64,000 nt of DNA from Cyanobacteriota bacterium (GCA_046045965.1 JBJOKS010000001.1:96001-160000); one strand, 5' to 3'. Positions 51,396 to 62,789 are shown, counted from the first letter of the stretch. The notes: generated from the sequence alone by a model not told the origin. Made by a program: numbers and translations.

Positions 51396-52032
51396 CATTT
51401 CACTGTGTAATGTAACATTTTAAACCCTCTACACTGCTATTAGGGGAAGCATTGTTAGGATAACCTGTAACAAACATGAATGAAGTGGTATCACTCCTTG
51501 CATTTAATAAGAATATCTCTTTTATCACCAAATAGCTAGTGTGGAGAGTGACACTTTATAAACTGACACTAGTTAAAAACAATGCAACAGAGATAGTAAC
51601 TAAGAAGACAAGCCACCCTTAGAAATAAGCTACCCTTGCTGTTGATCTGAAACCCACATTCCCCACCCTCTGGAGTTTTGATACAGAAATATCCTATCCC
51701 TTCAAAACGATGGGATATTTTTTGATTTGGAAGTTGCCCATATAGCATAGCCAGCCTAAATCATCTAAACTTAGCAATAATACGGTTAATTTTGGGCAGC
51801 ATCACCGTATGAGTAACTAAATTACGGAGAGTGAATAATTCGTTATTTGTCACGAAGCCTAAAGAGACAGTAATTCTCGATAATAAGTCATTGGACATCT
51901 GGAGGTAAAGAATTCCAACCAAGGAACATCTCTAAAAGAATTCGAGAAGATGCACATTTAAATTTGGTCGATGTCTATTAAAAGTCAGTAGCCACAGGAT
52001 CTAAACTTTTACCCTGAATTTTACAAAAATTT

Positions 52033-53754
52033 ATGAACAAAATTCTGATTATTGAAGATGATGCTCAAATAAGAGATAACATTCAGCAAATTCTCGATTT
52101 AGAGGGGTTTAGTACGATCACGGCAGAAGATGGATGGCACGGTTTACAGATGGCTGAACAATATCGGCCAGATATGATTATTTGCGATCTGATGATGCCT
52201 CATTTGGATGGCTATGGACTAATTAAGGCATTGCGTCAAAAGCCTGTAACTGCCGCTATTCCGTTCATTTTTATCACCGCGAAATCAGAACATTCGGATT
52301 TGCGTCGCGCGATGGAACTTGGTGCAGATGACTATTTAACTAAGCCGTTTCAAGTCAATGAACTTCTTCAGGTGATTGCAACTAGACTGGAAAAACACCA
52401 AATAGTTCGTCAATATTATCGTGATCAGATTGAGGAGATGGAATCTCAGCTTAATTATCTGGCTCGTCATGATAGCCTAACTGGCTTACCTAATCAACTC
52501 TTTTTAGAAGAGCATTTCAATCAAATTCGTCTTCAAGCTTACAGTCAGGGTCAACAACTATCTTTATTACTGATTGATATAGATATTCTCTACCGCAATA
52601 AGTTATTCTTGGAACCGAGTTTGAGGTATTTATTACTCAAAGCTGTTGCTGAAAGATTAACTGGTTTGAATTCATCAGAACAAGTTATTGACTTAATTGC
52701 TTACTTGAAAACCGATCAAATAGTCATCTTGTTAAAGTCATCTGAAGACAGTAAAATTGCTTCTGATATTGCTCAAAAAATTTTAGATAATCTATCAGAA
52801 CCTATAGTAGTCAACCAGCAGCAAATCTCTGTTAAAACTCAAATTGGTATTGTTTGTTATCCTAATGACGGACTGCAACTAGGTGAACTACTAACTCATG
52901 CAGAATTAGCCTTAGAACATTTTAAAAATGAAGATACTGTTGCGTATCATTTCTACAATCAAGAAATCTTCAATATTCTCTTTAGAAAAATAATTTTGGA
53001 GACTGATTTATGGCAAGCACTAGAAAGAAATGAGTTTCAACTTTACTATCAGCCTCAATTTAATGCCAAAAGTGGAAAATTTGTCTGTGTGGAAGCATTA
53101 ATTCGCTGGAAACATCCAGAATATGGACTTGTTTCTCCTGGTGAATTTATTCCTATTGCTGAAGAATCAGGTTTTATTATTCCTTTAGGAAAATGGATTT
53201 TAAAAACAGCTTGTTCTCAATTACAAGATTTAAAATTACAAGGATTAGTAAATGTAGATTTAGCAGTTAATATATCAGCTAATCAATTTAGACAACAAAA
53301 TTTTGTTCAACAAATTCATGAAGTTATTGCTGAAACCAATTTTCCACCGGAGCAATTAAAGTTAGAACTCACTGAAACTGTGTTTATTCAAGACATGGAA
53401 GCAGTGAATAAAAAGATAAATGCCCTCAAAAATTATGGAATACAATTTTCTATTGATGATTTTGGGACGGGTTACTCATCTTTTAAATATATTCAAGGAC
53501 TTTCTTTTAACCAAGTTAAAATAGACCGTTATTTTATCAACAATATTGATAAGCTTGTCCAAAAGCAATCAATTGTTAAAAGTATTATTCAGATGGCTCA
53601 TAATCTGAATATAAATATAATTGCTGAAGGAGTAGAAACCAATAATGAGCTAAGTTGGCTAATGCAAAATAATTGTCATATAATCCAGGGTTATTTTTTC
53701 AGTCGTCCATTACCAATAGAAGACCTGAAGACTCTTCTACTAGCTAAAAGATAA
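52033..53754 (+). CDS. REC + degenerate GGDEF + EAL c-di-GMP phosphodiesterase
   Basis: CDLMMP; HDSLTGLPN with KTDQI in place of GGDEF; EAL, DDFGTGYSS, EGVE. Confidence 0.92.
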   Translation: MNKILIIEDDAQIRDNIQQILDLEGFSTITAEDGWHGLQMAEQYRPDMIICDLMMPHLDGYGLIKALRQKPVTAAIPFIFITAKSEHSDLRRAMELGADDYLTKPFQVNELLQVIATRLEKHQIVRQYYRDQIEEMESQLNYLARHDSLTGLPNQLFLEEHFNQIRLQAYSQGQQLSLLLIDIDILYRNKLFLEPSLRYLLLKAVAERLTGLNSSEQVIDLIAYLKTDQIVILLKSSEDSKIASDIAQKILDNLSEPIVVNQQQISVKTQIGIVCYPNDGLQLGELLTHAELALEHFKNEDTVAYHFYNQEIFNILFRKIILETDLWQALERNEFQLYYQPQFNAKSGKFVCVEALIRWKHPEYGLVSPGEFIPIAEESGFIIPLGKWILKTACSQLQDLKLQGLVNVDLAVNISANQFRQQNFVQQIHEVIAETNFPPEQLKLELTETVFIQDMEAVNKKINALKNYGIQFSIDDFGTGYSSFKYIQGLSFNQVKIDRYFINNIDKLVQKQSIVKSIIQMAHNLNINIIAEGVETNNELSWLMQNNCHIIQGYFFSRPLPIEDLKTLLLAKR

Positions 53755-53813
53755 AAGTCCAAACCCAAACAATTTTGATTTATTCAGTTTTTATTAATTT
53801 AAGGAAAAAGAAA

Positions 53814-54905
53814 ATGAAAAAAATTCTGATCATTGAAGATGAACCACTAGTAAGAAATAACATCAAAGAAATTTTGGAATTAGCAGATTTTGACGCATTA
53901 GTTTCAGAGAATGGTCAACAGGGGTTGCAATTTGCAAAAGATAAAAAGCCTGATTTAATTATCTGTGATTTAATGATGCCTGAGTTAGATGGTTATAGTG
54001 TATTAACTCAACTGCGTCAGGATAGTTCTACTGCGACAATTCCTTTAATTTTCTTAACTGCTAAATCAGAATGGTCTGATTTACGTCGAGGGATGGAACT
54101 TGGTGCTGATGATTACTTAACTAAGCCTTTTCAACCTGATGAATTACTGCAATCTATTGCTGCTCGATTGCATAAACAAGCAATAGCTGACCAAGAAAGT
54201 GAGCAAAAATTGAATAATTTACGCACTTCTATCAGTCAGGCACTACCTCATGAAATTAATACTCCTCTCAATCATATTATAGGAATGTCAAATTTATTGA
54301 TTCAAGAGCAGGGAATACTTTCTAATACAGAAAATTTAGAAATGCTCGAATCAATTCATAAAGCTGCTTTACGACTACATAGACTGACTATCAATTCCCT
54401 GATGTATGCCAATCTAGAACTAATAGCCTCTCATCCCGAAAAAATTGCTGCTATTCGCAATAATCTAGACAAAACTTTTGTGCGCTCAACCATTGAAAAG
54501 GTAGCTTTCAGAATTTCTCAAGATGCAGGTAGGGCGACTGATTTAACCATAGAAATATCAGATGCCATGGTCAATATTTCTCAATTAAAGTTGAGTAAAG
54601 TGGCTGAAGAAATAATTGACAATGCTTTTAAATTTTCTCAACCAAACACACCTGTAAAAATTATAGGTTGTAGCAGTTTTAATGGATTTAATTTGTACAT
54701 AATTGATAGCGGTCGAGGCATGAACAAAGAGCAAATTGCTAGAGTTGGTGCTTATGTACAATTTGAACGCAAAATGTATGAACAACAAGGTTCCGGTTTA
54801 GGATTATCAATTGCTAAGAAGTTGGTGGAAATCCACGGAGGAGAGTTTTTAATTGAGAGCTTACCTGGTAAACAAACTATTGTCCGCATGATTCTACCTC
54901 AGTAA
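53814..54905 (+). CDS. Hybrid REC-histidine kinase
   Basis: REC domain, PHEINTPL, NAFKF, DSGRG, GSGLGL. Confidence 0.92.
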   Translation: MKKILIIEDEPLVRNNIKEILELADFDALVSENGQQGLQFAKDKKPDLIICDLMMPELDGYSVLTQLRQDSSTATIPLIFLTAKSEWSDLRRGMELGADDYLTKPFQPDELLQSIAARLHKQAIADQESEQKLNNLRTSISQALPHEINTPLNHIIGMSNLLIQEQGILSNTENLEMLESIHKAALRLHRLTINSLMYANLELIASHPEKIAAIRNNLDKTFVRSTIEKVAFRISQDAGRATDLTIEISDAMVNISQLKLSKVAEEIIDNAFKFSQPNTPVKIIGCSSFNGFNLYIIDSGRGMNKEQIARVGAYVQFERKMYEQQGSGLGLSIAKKLVEIHGGEFLIESLPGKQTIVRMILPQ

Positions 54906-55071
54906 TAAAATGTGCTAAAAGAGGTGAATTTGATTCCAGTTCGCCTCTTTATCAGGGGAGCCAGTCGCTTGTGGGGGTTTTCTCCGTTGTGAGAACTGGC
55001 GTGGAGTAGGGGGGCAAAATATTTTTTATCCACGACTAAAGACTGCTAACATAACCTCTTAGAAATATGAT

Positions 55072-56091
55072 TTAAATTACAGCAGTATCTAACATTTTGA
55101 TTGTGCCATTATCAGCGTCTATTTCTACTTCTAAACCCACAGGTACTGTAAATTTATCTTTGATATGACCAATCATAGAACCATACCAAGCGGGAATATC
55201 TAAAGGCTTGATATGTTGTTGTAATATTTGCATTAAAGTAAATGATTGTTCATCTGAAGGTTGACAATTTGTACATTGTCCAAAAATAAAACCTGCAATT
55301 TGATTGAGAATACCAGCATTTTTTAACTGCGTCAGCATTCTGTCTAGGCGATAAATATCTTCACCTATATCTTCCAAAAATAAAATATTATTATACCATG
55401 ATGGCAAATAGACGGAACCTACCATAGCAGCTACAACTGATAAGTTACCCCCAATTATTTTACCCCTAGCTTTACCCGGTGTAATTATTTCTATTTTTCC
55501 CTCTTTGGTGGAGTTATTTTCCATTGTTAATTTTTCCCCATTAAATAAAATGCGTTGAAAATAATCAACTGTAAATTCATTCCAGGTGGAAGTAGCAACT
55601 GCTCCATGAAAGGTAATTAATCGACTCCGGGCATTAATAGCTAATAATAAAGAAGTAATATCGCTATATCCAATGATAATTTTTGGCTGGGAACGAATCA
55701 ACGGATAATTAAGTAAAGGTAAAATTCGATTACAACCCCAACCGCCGCGCATGGCTATAATTGCTTTTACAGACTTATTTGCAAACATTGTATGAATATC
55801 TTGGGCGCGGTTTATATCTGTTCCGGCTAAATATCCATCACGCTCTAAAATATGTGCGCCTGTTATTACCTTCAGCCCTAATTTTATAAAAGTTTGTTTT
55901 GCATCTTCTATATCTTTGGGTTCAATGATACCAGCAGGAGAAACCAAGCCGATAGTATCCCCTATTTTTAGACGTGGTGGTTTGATAGTGGTTTGTGGTG
56001 AAATTTGACTTTGGGCAATAATTGGGGAAATTTGAGTTACTAAGGTAGTTATTCCTAAAGTGCTGAGAAATTGCCGACGTTTGATGGTCAT
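55072..56091 (-). CDS. LD-carboxypeptidase (peptidase S66)
   Basis: RGGWG, GYSDIT, GGNL, LFLED, IGH; KRRQFL Tat-like signal. Confidence 0.9.
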   Translation of the reverse strand: MTIKRRQFLSTLGITTLVTQISPIIAQSQISPQTTIKPPRLKIGDTIGLVSPAGIIEPKDIEDAKQTFIKLGLKVITGAHILERDGYLAGTDINRAQDIHTMFANKSVKAIIAMRGGWGCNRILPLLNYPLIRSQPKIIIGYSDITSLLLAINARSRLITFHGAVATSTWNEFTVDYFQRILFNGEKLTMENNSTKEGKIEIITPGKARGKIIGGNLSVVAAMVGSVYLPSWYNNILFLEDIGEDIYRLDRMLTQLKNAGILNQIAGFIFGQCTNCQPSDEQSFTLMQILQQHIKPLDIPAWYGSMIGHIKDKFTVPVGLEVEIDADNGTIKMLDTAVI

Positions 56092-56428
56092 GGAATGTAG
56101 GCTGAACAATGACTATAACAAAGTTATAACTAAAAGTGACACAAACCTACGGATAGTCTGAATTAATCTTAAAGATTTCTTAAGGGATTTTTAAAAAAAA
56201 TTGACCATAAAAATGGTACATAAAACAAAGTGTAAAACCGGAATTTAGCACAAATTGCACAAATATTGTATTGCTCTTGGCTCACTCTGAGCAGAAAAAA
56301 AAGAAGATCCAATTATTAAATTCCCTACAGCTGATATACTATCATATGATAGGTAGCTAAAGTTTCGTAACTTAAGCAATATCACAATATGCTGTTTATA
56401 TAAGGACACGTTAAAACGTGTATAATCT

Positions 56429-56710
56429 ATGGAAACTACTGCAAATTTAATTCCAGAATTTGAACAATTATTTAGACAAAAACTCAAACTCAATAATTGC
56501 AAACTTAAAAAGAAACGCCAGGAGAATAATTATGAAATTACTACTCCATCTAAGGACGTTTTTTTGATGTATTGGTGCCAATTTCCAGAAATCAGCTTGA
56601 TCTATCAACATATAGGAGTACGCACACCACAGACTGGAGTTTATGAAAAGGCTATCCGCTCCCATATTAATTTTTGTGTCAGTAGTATTAAGGATAAAAC
56701 GGCCTCTTAA
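56429..56710 (+). CDS. Hypothetical protein
   Basis: 93-aa ORF with plausible composition. Confidence 0.6.
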   Translation: METTANLIPEFEQLFRQKLKLNNCKLKKKRQENNYEITTPSKDVFLMYWCQFPEISLIYQHIGVRTPQTGVYEKAIRSHINFCVSSIKDKTAS

Positions 56711-56748
56711 TTCTTAATTATGATCAGATGTTTCCCATTGAAACCGTA

Positions 56749-56827
56749 TAACTTAAAGTCAGTCTAACTATTGTGGGGTGGGCATCCCTGCCCGCCCTAA
56801 TATTTAAATTAGATGATTTTTAGCTTA
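56749..56827. repeat. Dispersed REP-like repeat, family B
   Basis: Near-identical to 45681-45758. Confidence 0.85.
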
Positions 56828-57075
56828 CTTCTGGTTTTACAGGTTTCACCTTAGAAACATTCAATCTGATTGATTGACCGTGATTTTCTGCGCTAAACTA
56901 AATTTATTGGGATTTATATGAGACATCTGGTGAAAAATTAGAGACTTCTATGAAACGTCTTGACAAGGGTTTCAGGTAACGCATATTTAATTTTCACGAG
57001 ATGTTCATAGGAATTTAATGGGATCATCTCTGGCAGTAAGTTAAATAAACCAACTACCTCAATAACTCCAGTGCA

Positions 57076-57414
57076 ATGTCTCAAGAGCCTAAAAAATCAC
57101 TCCAAATACAGGAAATTATCGGACTAAAACCGCAACACTTTGCCGACTTAATCAGAACTGCACAATTAGTTTTTGACCCCTGTGCGGGACTTTCTGGCAG
57201 AAATCTAAAAGTTGATTGGGAAGACTTTGGCATTCCTGGTAATGTAGCGGATAATCTCAAAGAAATTGGCCAAGAATATCAGTATGCTTCTCCTCACATT
57301 CCCCCTGAAGTGGTTTGGGCTAAATTAACCACTGAATCGCGGGTTTGGTTCATTGAAAATAAAGATAGTTTGTGGCGGTTTGAAGAAATTTTCCCTGCGC
57401 TTGACGAAGACTAG
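57076..57414 (+). CDS. Conserved hypothetical protein
   Basis: 112-aa ORF convergent with the response regulator. Confidence 0.7.
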   Translation: MSQEPKKSLQIQEIIGLKPQHFADLIRTAQLVFDPCAGLSGRNLKVDWEDFGIPGNVADNLKEIGQEYQYASPHIPPEVVWAKLTTESRVWFIENKDSLWRFEEIFPALDED

Positions 57415-57479
57415 AAAGCTTAATCATTCTCAGCAAGATACGTTGAAATACTCCCCCGTCTTCTCAACGGGGAAGTATG

Positions 57480-58196
57480 TCAATCCCCTAGTAATTTGTA
57501 ATTTCGGAGCAAATTTGTATTTTCCGCAGTCAGTAATTCCTGCAAGCTATCAACCTCTTTCAATATATCGAGTTCCTGCGTGTATGCTTCTTTTAAAATT
57601 GATAAATATTTATCACGTTCCTGATCATTTTTAGCTTGTTTGATCATATAAATTGCCATATTAATGCTAGAAAGAGGATTGCGTAAGTCCTGGGAAATTC
57701 TCTCTAACAGCTTTCCTCGAATTTGTGCCAGTTGCTGAGAGTTTTGCAATTCAGTGCGATTTTTTTTCATCTCCTGTTGGAGAGTTTCTGACTTCTGAGA
57801 CTCTTTCAGGTAAGCCTGATTTGAAAGTGAATGTCTTTTTAATCGCGCCTCAACAGCTTCTAATAGTTCAAAAGGTTCAAAAGGTTTGGTAATGTAATCA
57901 TCAGCCCCTAGTCCCATACCTTGACGGAAATCATTGCGCTCGATTTTAGCGGTAAGAAAAATGAAGGGAATATCAGCAGACTTAGGATCTTGTCGCAGTT
58001 CTGCTAACACTTCATGGCCATTTAAACCTGGCATCATAATGTCACAGATAATTAAATCAGGCTGTTTAGTTTTAGCTAACTGTAAGCCGATTTTACCGTT
58101 GGCAGCAGTAATAACTGAAAATTCTGCCAGTTCCAAAATTTCTTGGATATTTAACAGAATTTTAGTTTCATCTTCAATCACTAGAATTAAGCTCAT
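57480..58196 (-). CDS. Response regulator: REC + coiled coil + degenerate HisKA-like segment
   Basis: CDIMMP; SQDLRNPL; no ATPase domain. Confidence 0.88.
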   Translation of the reverse strand: MSLILVIEDETKILLNIQEILELAEFSVITAANGKIGLQLAKTKQPDLIICDIMMPGLNGHEVLAELRQDPKSADIPFIFLTAKIERNDFRQGMGLGADDYITKPFEPFELLEAVEARLKRHSLSNQAYLKESQKSETLQQEMKKNRTELQNSQQLAQIRGKLLERISQDLRNPLSSINMAIYMIKQAKNDQERDKYLSILKEAYTQELDILKEVDSLQELLTAENTNLLRNYKLLGD

Positions 58197-58456
58197 AATT
58201 GAGAGGCCACCTAATATATAGCACTATCCATATTGTTGACAGATTCCTTCACGAAACTCACTGATTGTAAGGGAATTGTCACAATACAAGTATAATGCAA
58301 CTCTTTATACTATGCTGCTTTGTTGTCATAATTTTGCTAGTGAATTAGGAGCAGGAATAATATTTACAGTCAAAATCTTGTACTGTATGGCTTTTTTCGT
58401 AAATAGTGATAATTTACAATGAATCATGACCAATCACCAATCACTAGGACAAGACA

Positions 58457-59671
58457 ATGGAGAATCTAAGTAACTATACCAGTATTTTAGTAGTCGATGA
58501 CAATCCCGTTAATTTAAAAGTTATTGGGCTGACTTTGAGTGGTGCAGGTTACAAAGTCAAAATGGAGGCAAATGGGCTAAATGTCATCCAACAAGTCCAT
58601 GAGAATTTTCCTAATTTAATACTGCTAGATATTATGTTGCCTGATATTAGCGGATTTGAAATTTGTGAGCAACTTCAAGCCGATCCTCGTACCAAAGGTA
58701 TTCCTATAATTTTCATGACGGCTTTAGCTGATACTACGGATAAGGTAAAAGGTTTGAGTTTAGGTGCAGTAGACTATATAACTAAACCATTTCAAAAAGC
58801 AGAACTACTAGCTCGTGTACGCACCCATTTGCATTTACAGAAGTTAATTACATCTTTAGAACTACAAAACCAAGAACTCAAACAACTTACACAACGCAAT
58901 GAGGACTTAGAAAATAGAGTTGCAGAACGGACAGCAGAATTAAGACAGGCTCTCGCAAAGGAACAGGAATTAAACCAATTAAAATCGCGCTTTATTACCA
59001 TGGCATCCCATGAGATTCGCACACCTTTAGCTATTATTTCCTCATCTACAGGCATTTTACAAAAGTTTGGCGATCGCCTGATTCCCGAAAAAAAACAGAG
59101 ACACCTACAGACTATCCAAGAAACCATCAAGCAGATGACTCAACTGCTTGATGATGTACTGATGATTAACCGCGCCGAAGCTGAAAAGATGGAATTTAAA
59201 CCAGAAGCAGCAGATATTATTGCTTTCTGTCACCGTCTCAGAAAAGACATAGAAGCTAGTAATACCAAATATACAATTAATTTATCTTTAGATTTAGGCG
59301 AGGAAATTCTCAACAATACTCTGATTATTCATTTCGATAAAAAACTTTTACAGCAAATTCTCACCCATCTTCTCACTAATGCTATTAAGTATTCTCCTAC
59401 CCACAATGCAGTTAAATTAAGCTTGACTAAAGAAAATAATCAACTGCTCTTGAAAATCAGCGATAAAGGTATCGGCATTCCTGAAAAAGATCAAGTTAAT
59501 TTATTTGCACCTTTTTACAGAGCATCTAACGTCGGTAATATTTCTGGAACAGGTTTAGGACTATCCATAGTTAAAAAATGTTTGGATTTGCACAAAGGGC
59601 AAATTAGGGTAGATAGTCAAGTAGGAGAGGGAACAACAATTACAGTCAGAATTCCTTTTTTAAGAGGATGA
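58457..59671 (+). CDS. Hybrid REC-histidine kinase
   Basis: LDIMLP, SHEIRTPL, NAIKYS, DKGIG, GTGLGL. Confidence 0.93.
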   Translation: MENLSNYTSILVVDDNPVNLKVIGLTLSGAGYKVKMEANGLNVIQQVHENFPNLILLDIMLPDISGFEICEQLQADPRTKGIPIIFMTALADTTDKVKGLSLGAVDYITKPFQKAELLARVRTHLHLQKLITSLELQNQELKQLTQRNEDLENRVAERTAELRQALAKEQELNQLKSRFITMASHEIRTPLAIISSSTGILQKFGDRLIPEKKQRHLQTIQETIKQMTQLLDDVLMINRAEAEKMEFKPEAADIIAFCHRLRKDIEASNTKYTINLSLDLGEEILNNTLIIHFDKKLLQQILTHLLTNAIKYSPTHNAVKLSLTKENNQLLLKISDKGIGIPEKDQVNLFAPFYRASNVGNISGTGLGLSIVKKCLDLHKGQIRVDSQVGEGTTITVRIPFLRG

Positions 59672-59819
59672 AAATCTTGATTTACTGGGTAAGCATCATC
59701 CTTATCATCCTCAATAATAATAAGTTTTTTCTCTAGGTATTCTCTTTTCTAGACTTGAAAAATCATACTTGAAAAATCATGAAAGTGTTTTGATGGGAAC
59801 TTCAGCCTCAAACGTGAAT

Positions 59820-59903
59820 TATAGCAGGAGTCAGGAGTAAAACTCTCTTGTATTAGGAGTTTCATTATCAATTGATGTCCTAACTACCCTGTCCACGGCT
59901 ATA
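59820..59903. repeat. Dispersed miniature repeat, family A
   Basis: Matches 25067-25163. Confidence 0.8.
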
Positions 59904-59935
59904 CCTAAAACCTAAACCCTTTTGAAACTTGGTTA

Positions 59936-60847
59936 GAGGATGTTTGAAAAGTAGGAAAGGTGGTAAAAAAGCTCTCTCAGTATAAGCTGTGAATAGATAG
60001 TAGACAGCACCGAGAGAGCAACATGAGTAAAGCATACCCCAGTAACCTGACCCTTGGCCAATATCAGTTCCTGAGTGACCTTATTCCAGAACCGAAAACG
60101 GGTGGTCGTCCGCGTGAAGTGGATATGTGGGAGGTGCTAAATGCGATTTTCTATATCCTGGTAGAAGGAGTCAGATGGAGAGCATTGCCAGGAGATTTTC
60201 CCGCTTGGCAGACAGTGTATACATATTTTCGCAACTGGCGTAAGGATGGAACATGGTTGCGTATCCATGACCGCTTACGAGAATGGACAAGGATTGAACT
60301 CCAACGGCATCAGTGTCCGTCGGAGGCAATTATCGACAGTCAGAGTGTAAAAAGTGCCGCAATGGTGAGTAAATCAGTAGGCTATGATGCAGGTAAAAAA
60401 ATCAAGGGACGCAAGCGATTTATGACAGTCGATACCTTGGGTTTAGTCTTGCGCGTCTTGGTAACAGCAGCCAATGTGGGTGAGCGAGAAGGGGGGAAAC
60501 AAGTTCTCAAAAGAGTCAAACAATCTCCACATCAGGCATCTCGTCTGACAACTATCTGGGTAGATGGTGGTTTTGACGGTGAGCCGTTTATGCAGTGGGT
60601 GATGGATTTTTTGCGGTGGATTGTGCAGGTAGTTCTACGTTCGCAACAGACTCAGGGCTTTACTCTACTCAAAAAACGTTGGGTAGTGGAGCGCACTTAC
60701 GGTTGGTTAATGGGCTGTCGGCGATTAGTCAGAGATTATGAGTTATTGCCCGAAACCTCTGAGACTTTTATCTACCTTGCCATGATCCGGATCATGGTGC
60801 GGCGATTAGCATAAAATTTAACCCTTCAAAACTTTTCAAACACCCTC
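59936..60847 (+). mobile_element. IS5-family (IS1031-group-like) insertion sequence, 912 bp
   Basis: TIRs GAGGATGTTTGAAAAGT / ACTTTTCAAACACCCTC (16 of 17 match); TTA duplication on both sides. Confidence 0.93.
60023..60814 (+). CDS. IS5-family DDE transposase
   Basis: YPSNLT, WRALPGDFP.W.TVY, IIDSQSVK, WVDGG, RWVVERT. Confidence 0.95.
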   Translation: MSKAYPSNLTLGQYQFLSDLIPEPKTGGRPREVDMWEVLNAIFYILVEGVRWRALPGDFPAWQTVYTYFRNWRKDGTWLRIHDRLREWTRIELQRHQCPSEAIIDSQSVKSAAMVSKSVGYDAGKKIKGRKRFMTVDTLGLVLRVLVTAANVGEREGGKQVLKRVKQSPHQASRLTTIWVDGGFDGEPFMQWVMDFLRWIVQVVLRSQQTQGFTLLKKRWVVERTYGWLMGCRRLVRDYELLPETSETFIYLAMIRIMVRRLA

Positions 60848-61026
60848 TTAATTTCATGCCTACCTAATCGCAATACTTTTGTATAAATAACCGCCTATTT
60901 TTGATGTTATTGGTGCGTAAAGCTGCTCAATTGTCAAACTTTCAAACTGCGATGATTTTCACATCTCAACCCGGACTAGAGCTAAAAACAATCGAATTAA
61001 CTACATAATATAATATCTGACAGAAA

Positions 61027-61563
61027 ATGCTTATGAGAATTTCGGCTGTTAGGTTTTTGCTAACTTCTCTGTGGTTGATAGTTGGTTTTTTAGCTGCGAA
61101 TTTGAACAATACGAGTACGGTTTTAGCAGAAGCACCCCCAGAATTTTCTCAATTAGTTAATGGTAAACAGTTTACTGTCAATAAATCTGAGTTTGGTGTG
61201 AGAATAGTTGATGTTCAGGGTAAAGCCAATTTTTTTCCCACAACTAAAGTACCACTGAAAAAAGGTGATGCTTATGGTTGGCGAATTCAACTGCAAAATT
61301 ACCGGGGTAAGGTAAAATGGCGGGAAGTTTTACGTTTACCAAAAACTCCAGAAACTTGGGCTACACAGGAGAAAGATGAGAATTTTTCTCTATCTGCGGA
61401 TGGAAGGACAGCTACAACAACGCGCACGCAAACATCTACAAATGGTGTGATTGAAAATTTTTGGCAGATAGCTCCTGGTGATCCTCTTGGTAAACATAGA
61501 ATAGAGGTCTATATTGATGACCATCTAATTGCCATTTTTGAATTTGAAACTGTAGAATTTTAG
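61027..61563 (+). CDS. Hypothetical exported protein
   Basis: Signal peptide; beta-rich mature part. Confidence 0.7.
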   Translation: MLMRISAVRFLLTSLWLIVGFLAANLNNTSTVLAEAPPEFSQLVNGKQFTVNKSEFGVRIVDVQGKANFFPTTKVPLKKGDAYGWRIQLQNYRGKVKWREVLRLPKTPETWATQEKDENFSLSADGRTATTTRTQTSTNGVIENFWQIAPGDPLGKHRIEVYIDDHLIAIFEFETVEF

Positions 61564-61645
61564 TGCCAGGAGTTAGGATTTAGGAGTCAGAAGTCAGAAT
61601 TAAAATTGTTTCTGACTCCCTAGTGGAATGTCTGCAACTTCGCTT

Positions 61646-62725
61646 TTATTCTTCGTCTAATTCAACTTCTTCTTCTTCTTCTTCTCCATTTACTTTAGTA
61701 ACAGAGTTAGCAGAAACCACAGCCCCTTTATCGAGCTTTTCCCGCACCTGCTCTTCAATTTTGGCCGCAAATTCAGATTTTTCTTCTAAATATTTGATAG
61801 CGTTGTCTCGACCTTGGGAAATGTTATCACCGTTGTAGCTATACCAAGCACCTTTACGGAGGAGAACTCCTGTTTCTTCTGCTAAGTCAACTAAGCAACC
61901 CAGGGTAGAAACTCCCTTCCCAAAGATAATGTCAAATTCGGCAATTCTAAAAGGTGGTGCTACTTTATTTTTTGCTACCTTCACTTTAACGCGATTACCA
62001 AATTCATCTGTGCCTTTTTTCAAGGTTTGAATTCTGCGAATATCTAACCGCACGGAAGCGTAAAATTTCAACGCATTACCGCCCGTTGTGGTTTCTGGGC
62101 TACCGTAGGTGACACCGATTTTTTGCCGCAATTGGTTAATAAAAATTACTGTGCAACCAGATTTACCAATATTACCTGTAATTTTGCGTAATGCTTGGCT
62201 CATCAACCGGGCTTGTAAACCAACGTGGATATCACCCATATCGCCTTCGATTTCGGCGCGGGGTACTAGGGCGGCTACGGAGTCAACTACAACTATATCA
62301 ACGGCGGCAGAACGTACTAACTGATCAACTATTTCTAACCCTGCTTCACCCGTGTCTGGTTGGGAAACGAGTAAATTTTCAATATCTACACCTAATGCAC
62401 CTGCGTAGGTGGGGTCTAGGGCGTGTTCTGCGTCAACAAAGGCAGCTATACCGCCATTTCTTTGTACTTCTGCGATCGCATGAAGTGCTACTGTGGTTTT
62501 ACCAGAACTTTCTGGTCCATAAATTTCAATTACCCTTCCCTTGGGTAAACCACCACCCAAGGCTAAATCCAGAGTTAACGCACCTGTAGAAATAGTCTCT
62601 ACACGCATCCGGGTAGCGTCACCCAAACGCATTATTGCCCCTTTACCAAAGCTGCGCTCAATCTGGTTGAGTACCATATTCAGTGCTTTTTGCTTTCCAG
62701 AAGTATCTGCTGTGTTGGTTGCCAT
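61646..62725 (-). CDS. recA: Recombinase A
   Basis: [32 protein letters not shown]. Confidence 0.99.
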   Translation of the reverse strand: MATNTADTSGKQKALNMVLNQIERSFGKGAIMRLGDATRMRVETISTGALTLDLALGGGLPKGRVIEIYGPESSGKTTVALHAIAEVQRNGGIAAFVDAEHALDPTYAGALGVDIENLLVSQPDTGEAGLEIVDQLVRSAAVDIVVVDSVAALVPRAEIEGDMGDIHVGLQARLMSQALRKITGNIGKSGCTVIFINQLRQKIGVTYGSPETTTGGNALKFYASVRLDIRRIQTLKKGTDEFGNRVKVKVAKNKVAPPFRIAEFDIIFGKGVSTLGCLVDLAEETGVLLRKGAWYSYNGDNISQGRDNAIKYLEEKSEFAAKIEEQVREKLDKGAVVSANSVTKVNGEEEEEEVELDEE

Positions 62726-62775
62726 TAGAGCCTCTAAATATAGGATTTAAGGAAGTTTGCGTTGGGAGCTTGATT

Positions 62776-62789
62776 AGAACAGATATACT
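62776..62789 (-). promoter_or_regulatory. Putative cyanobacterial LexA box upstream of recA
   Basis: AGTATATCTGTTCT on the minus strand resembles the AGTAC-N4-GTWCT-type box. Confidence 0.7.

Noticed and set aside
56917..57009. Imperfect inverted-repeat element
   Set aside because: A single degenerate copy in the window; its boundaries cannot be defined.
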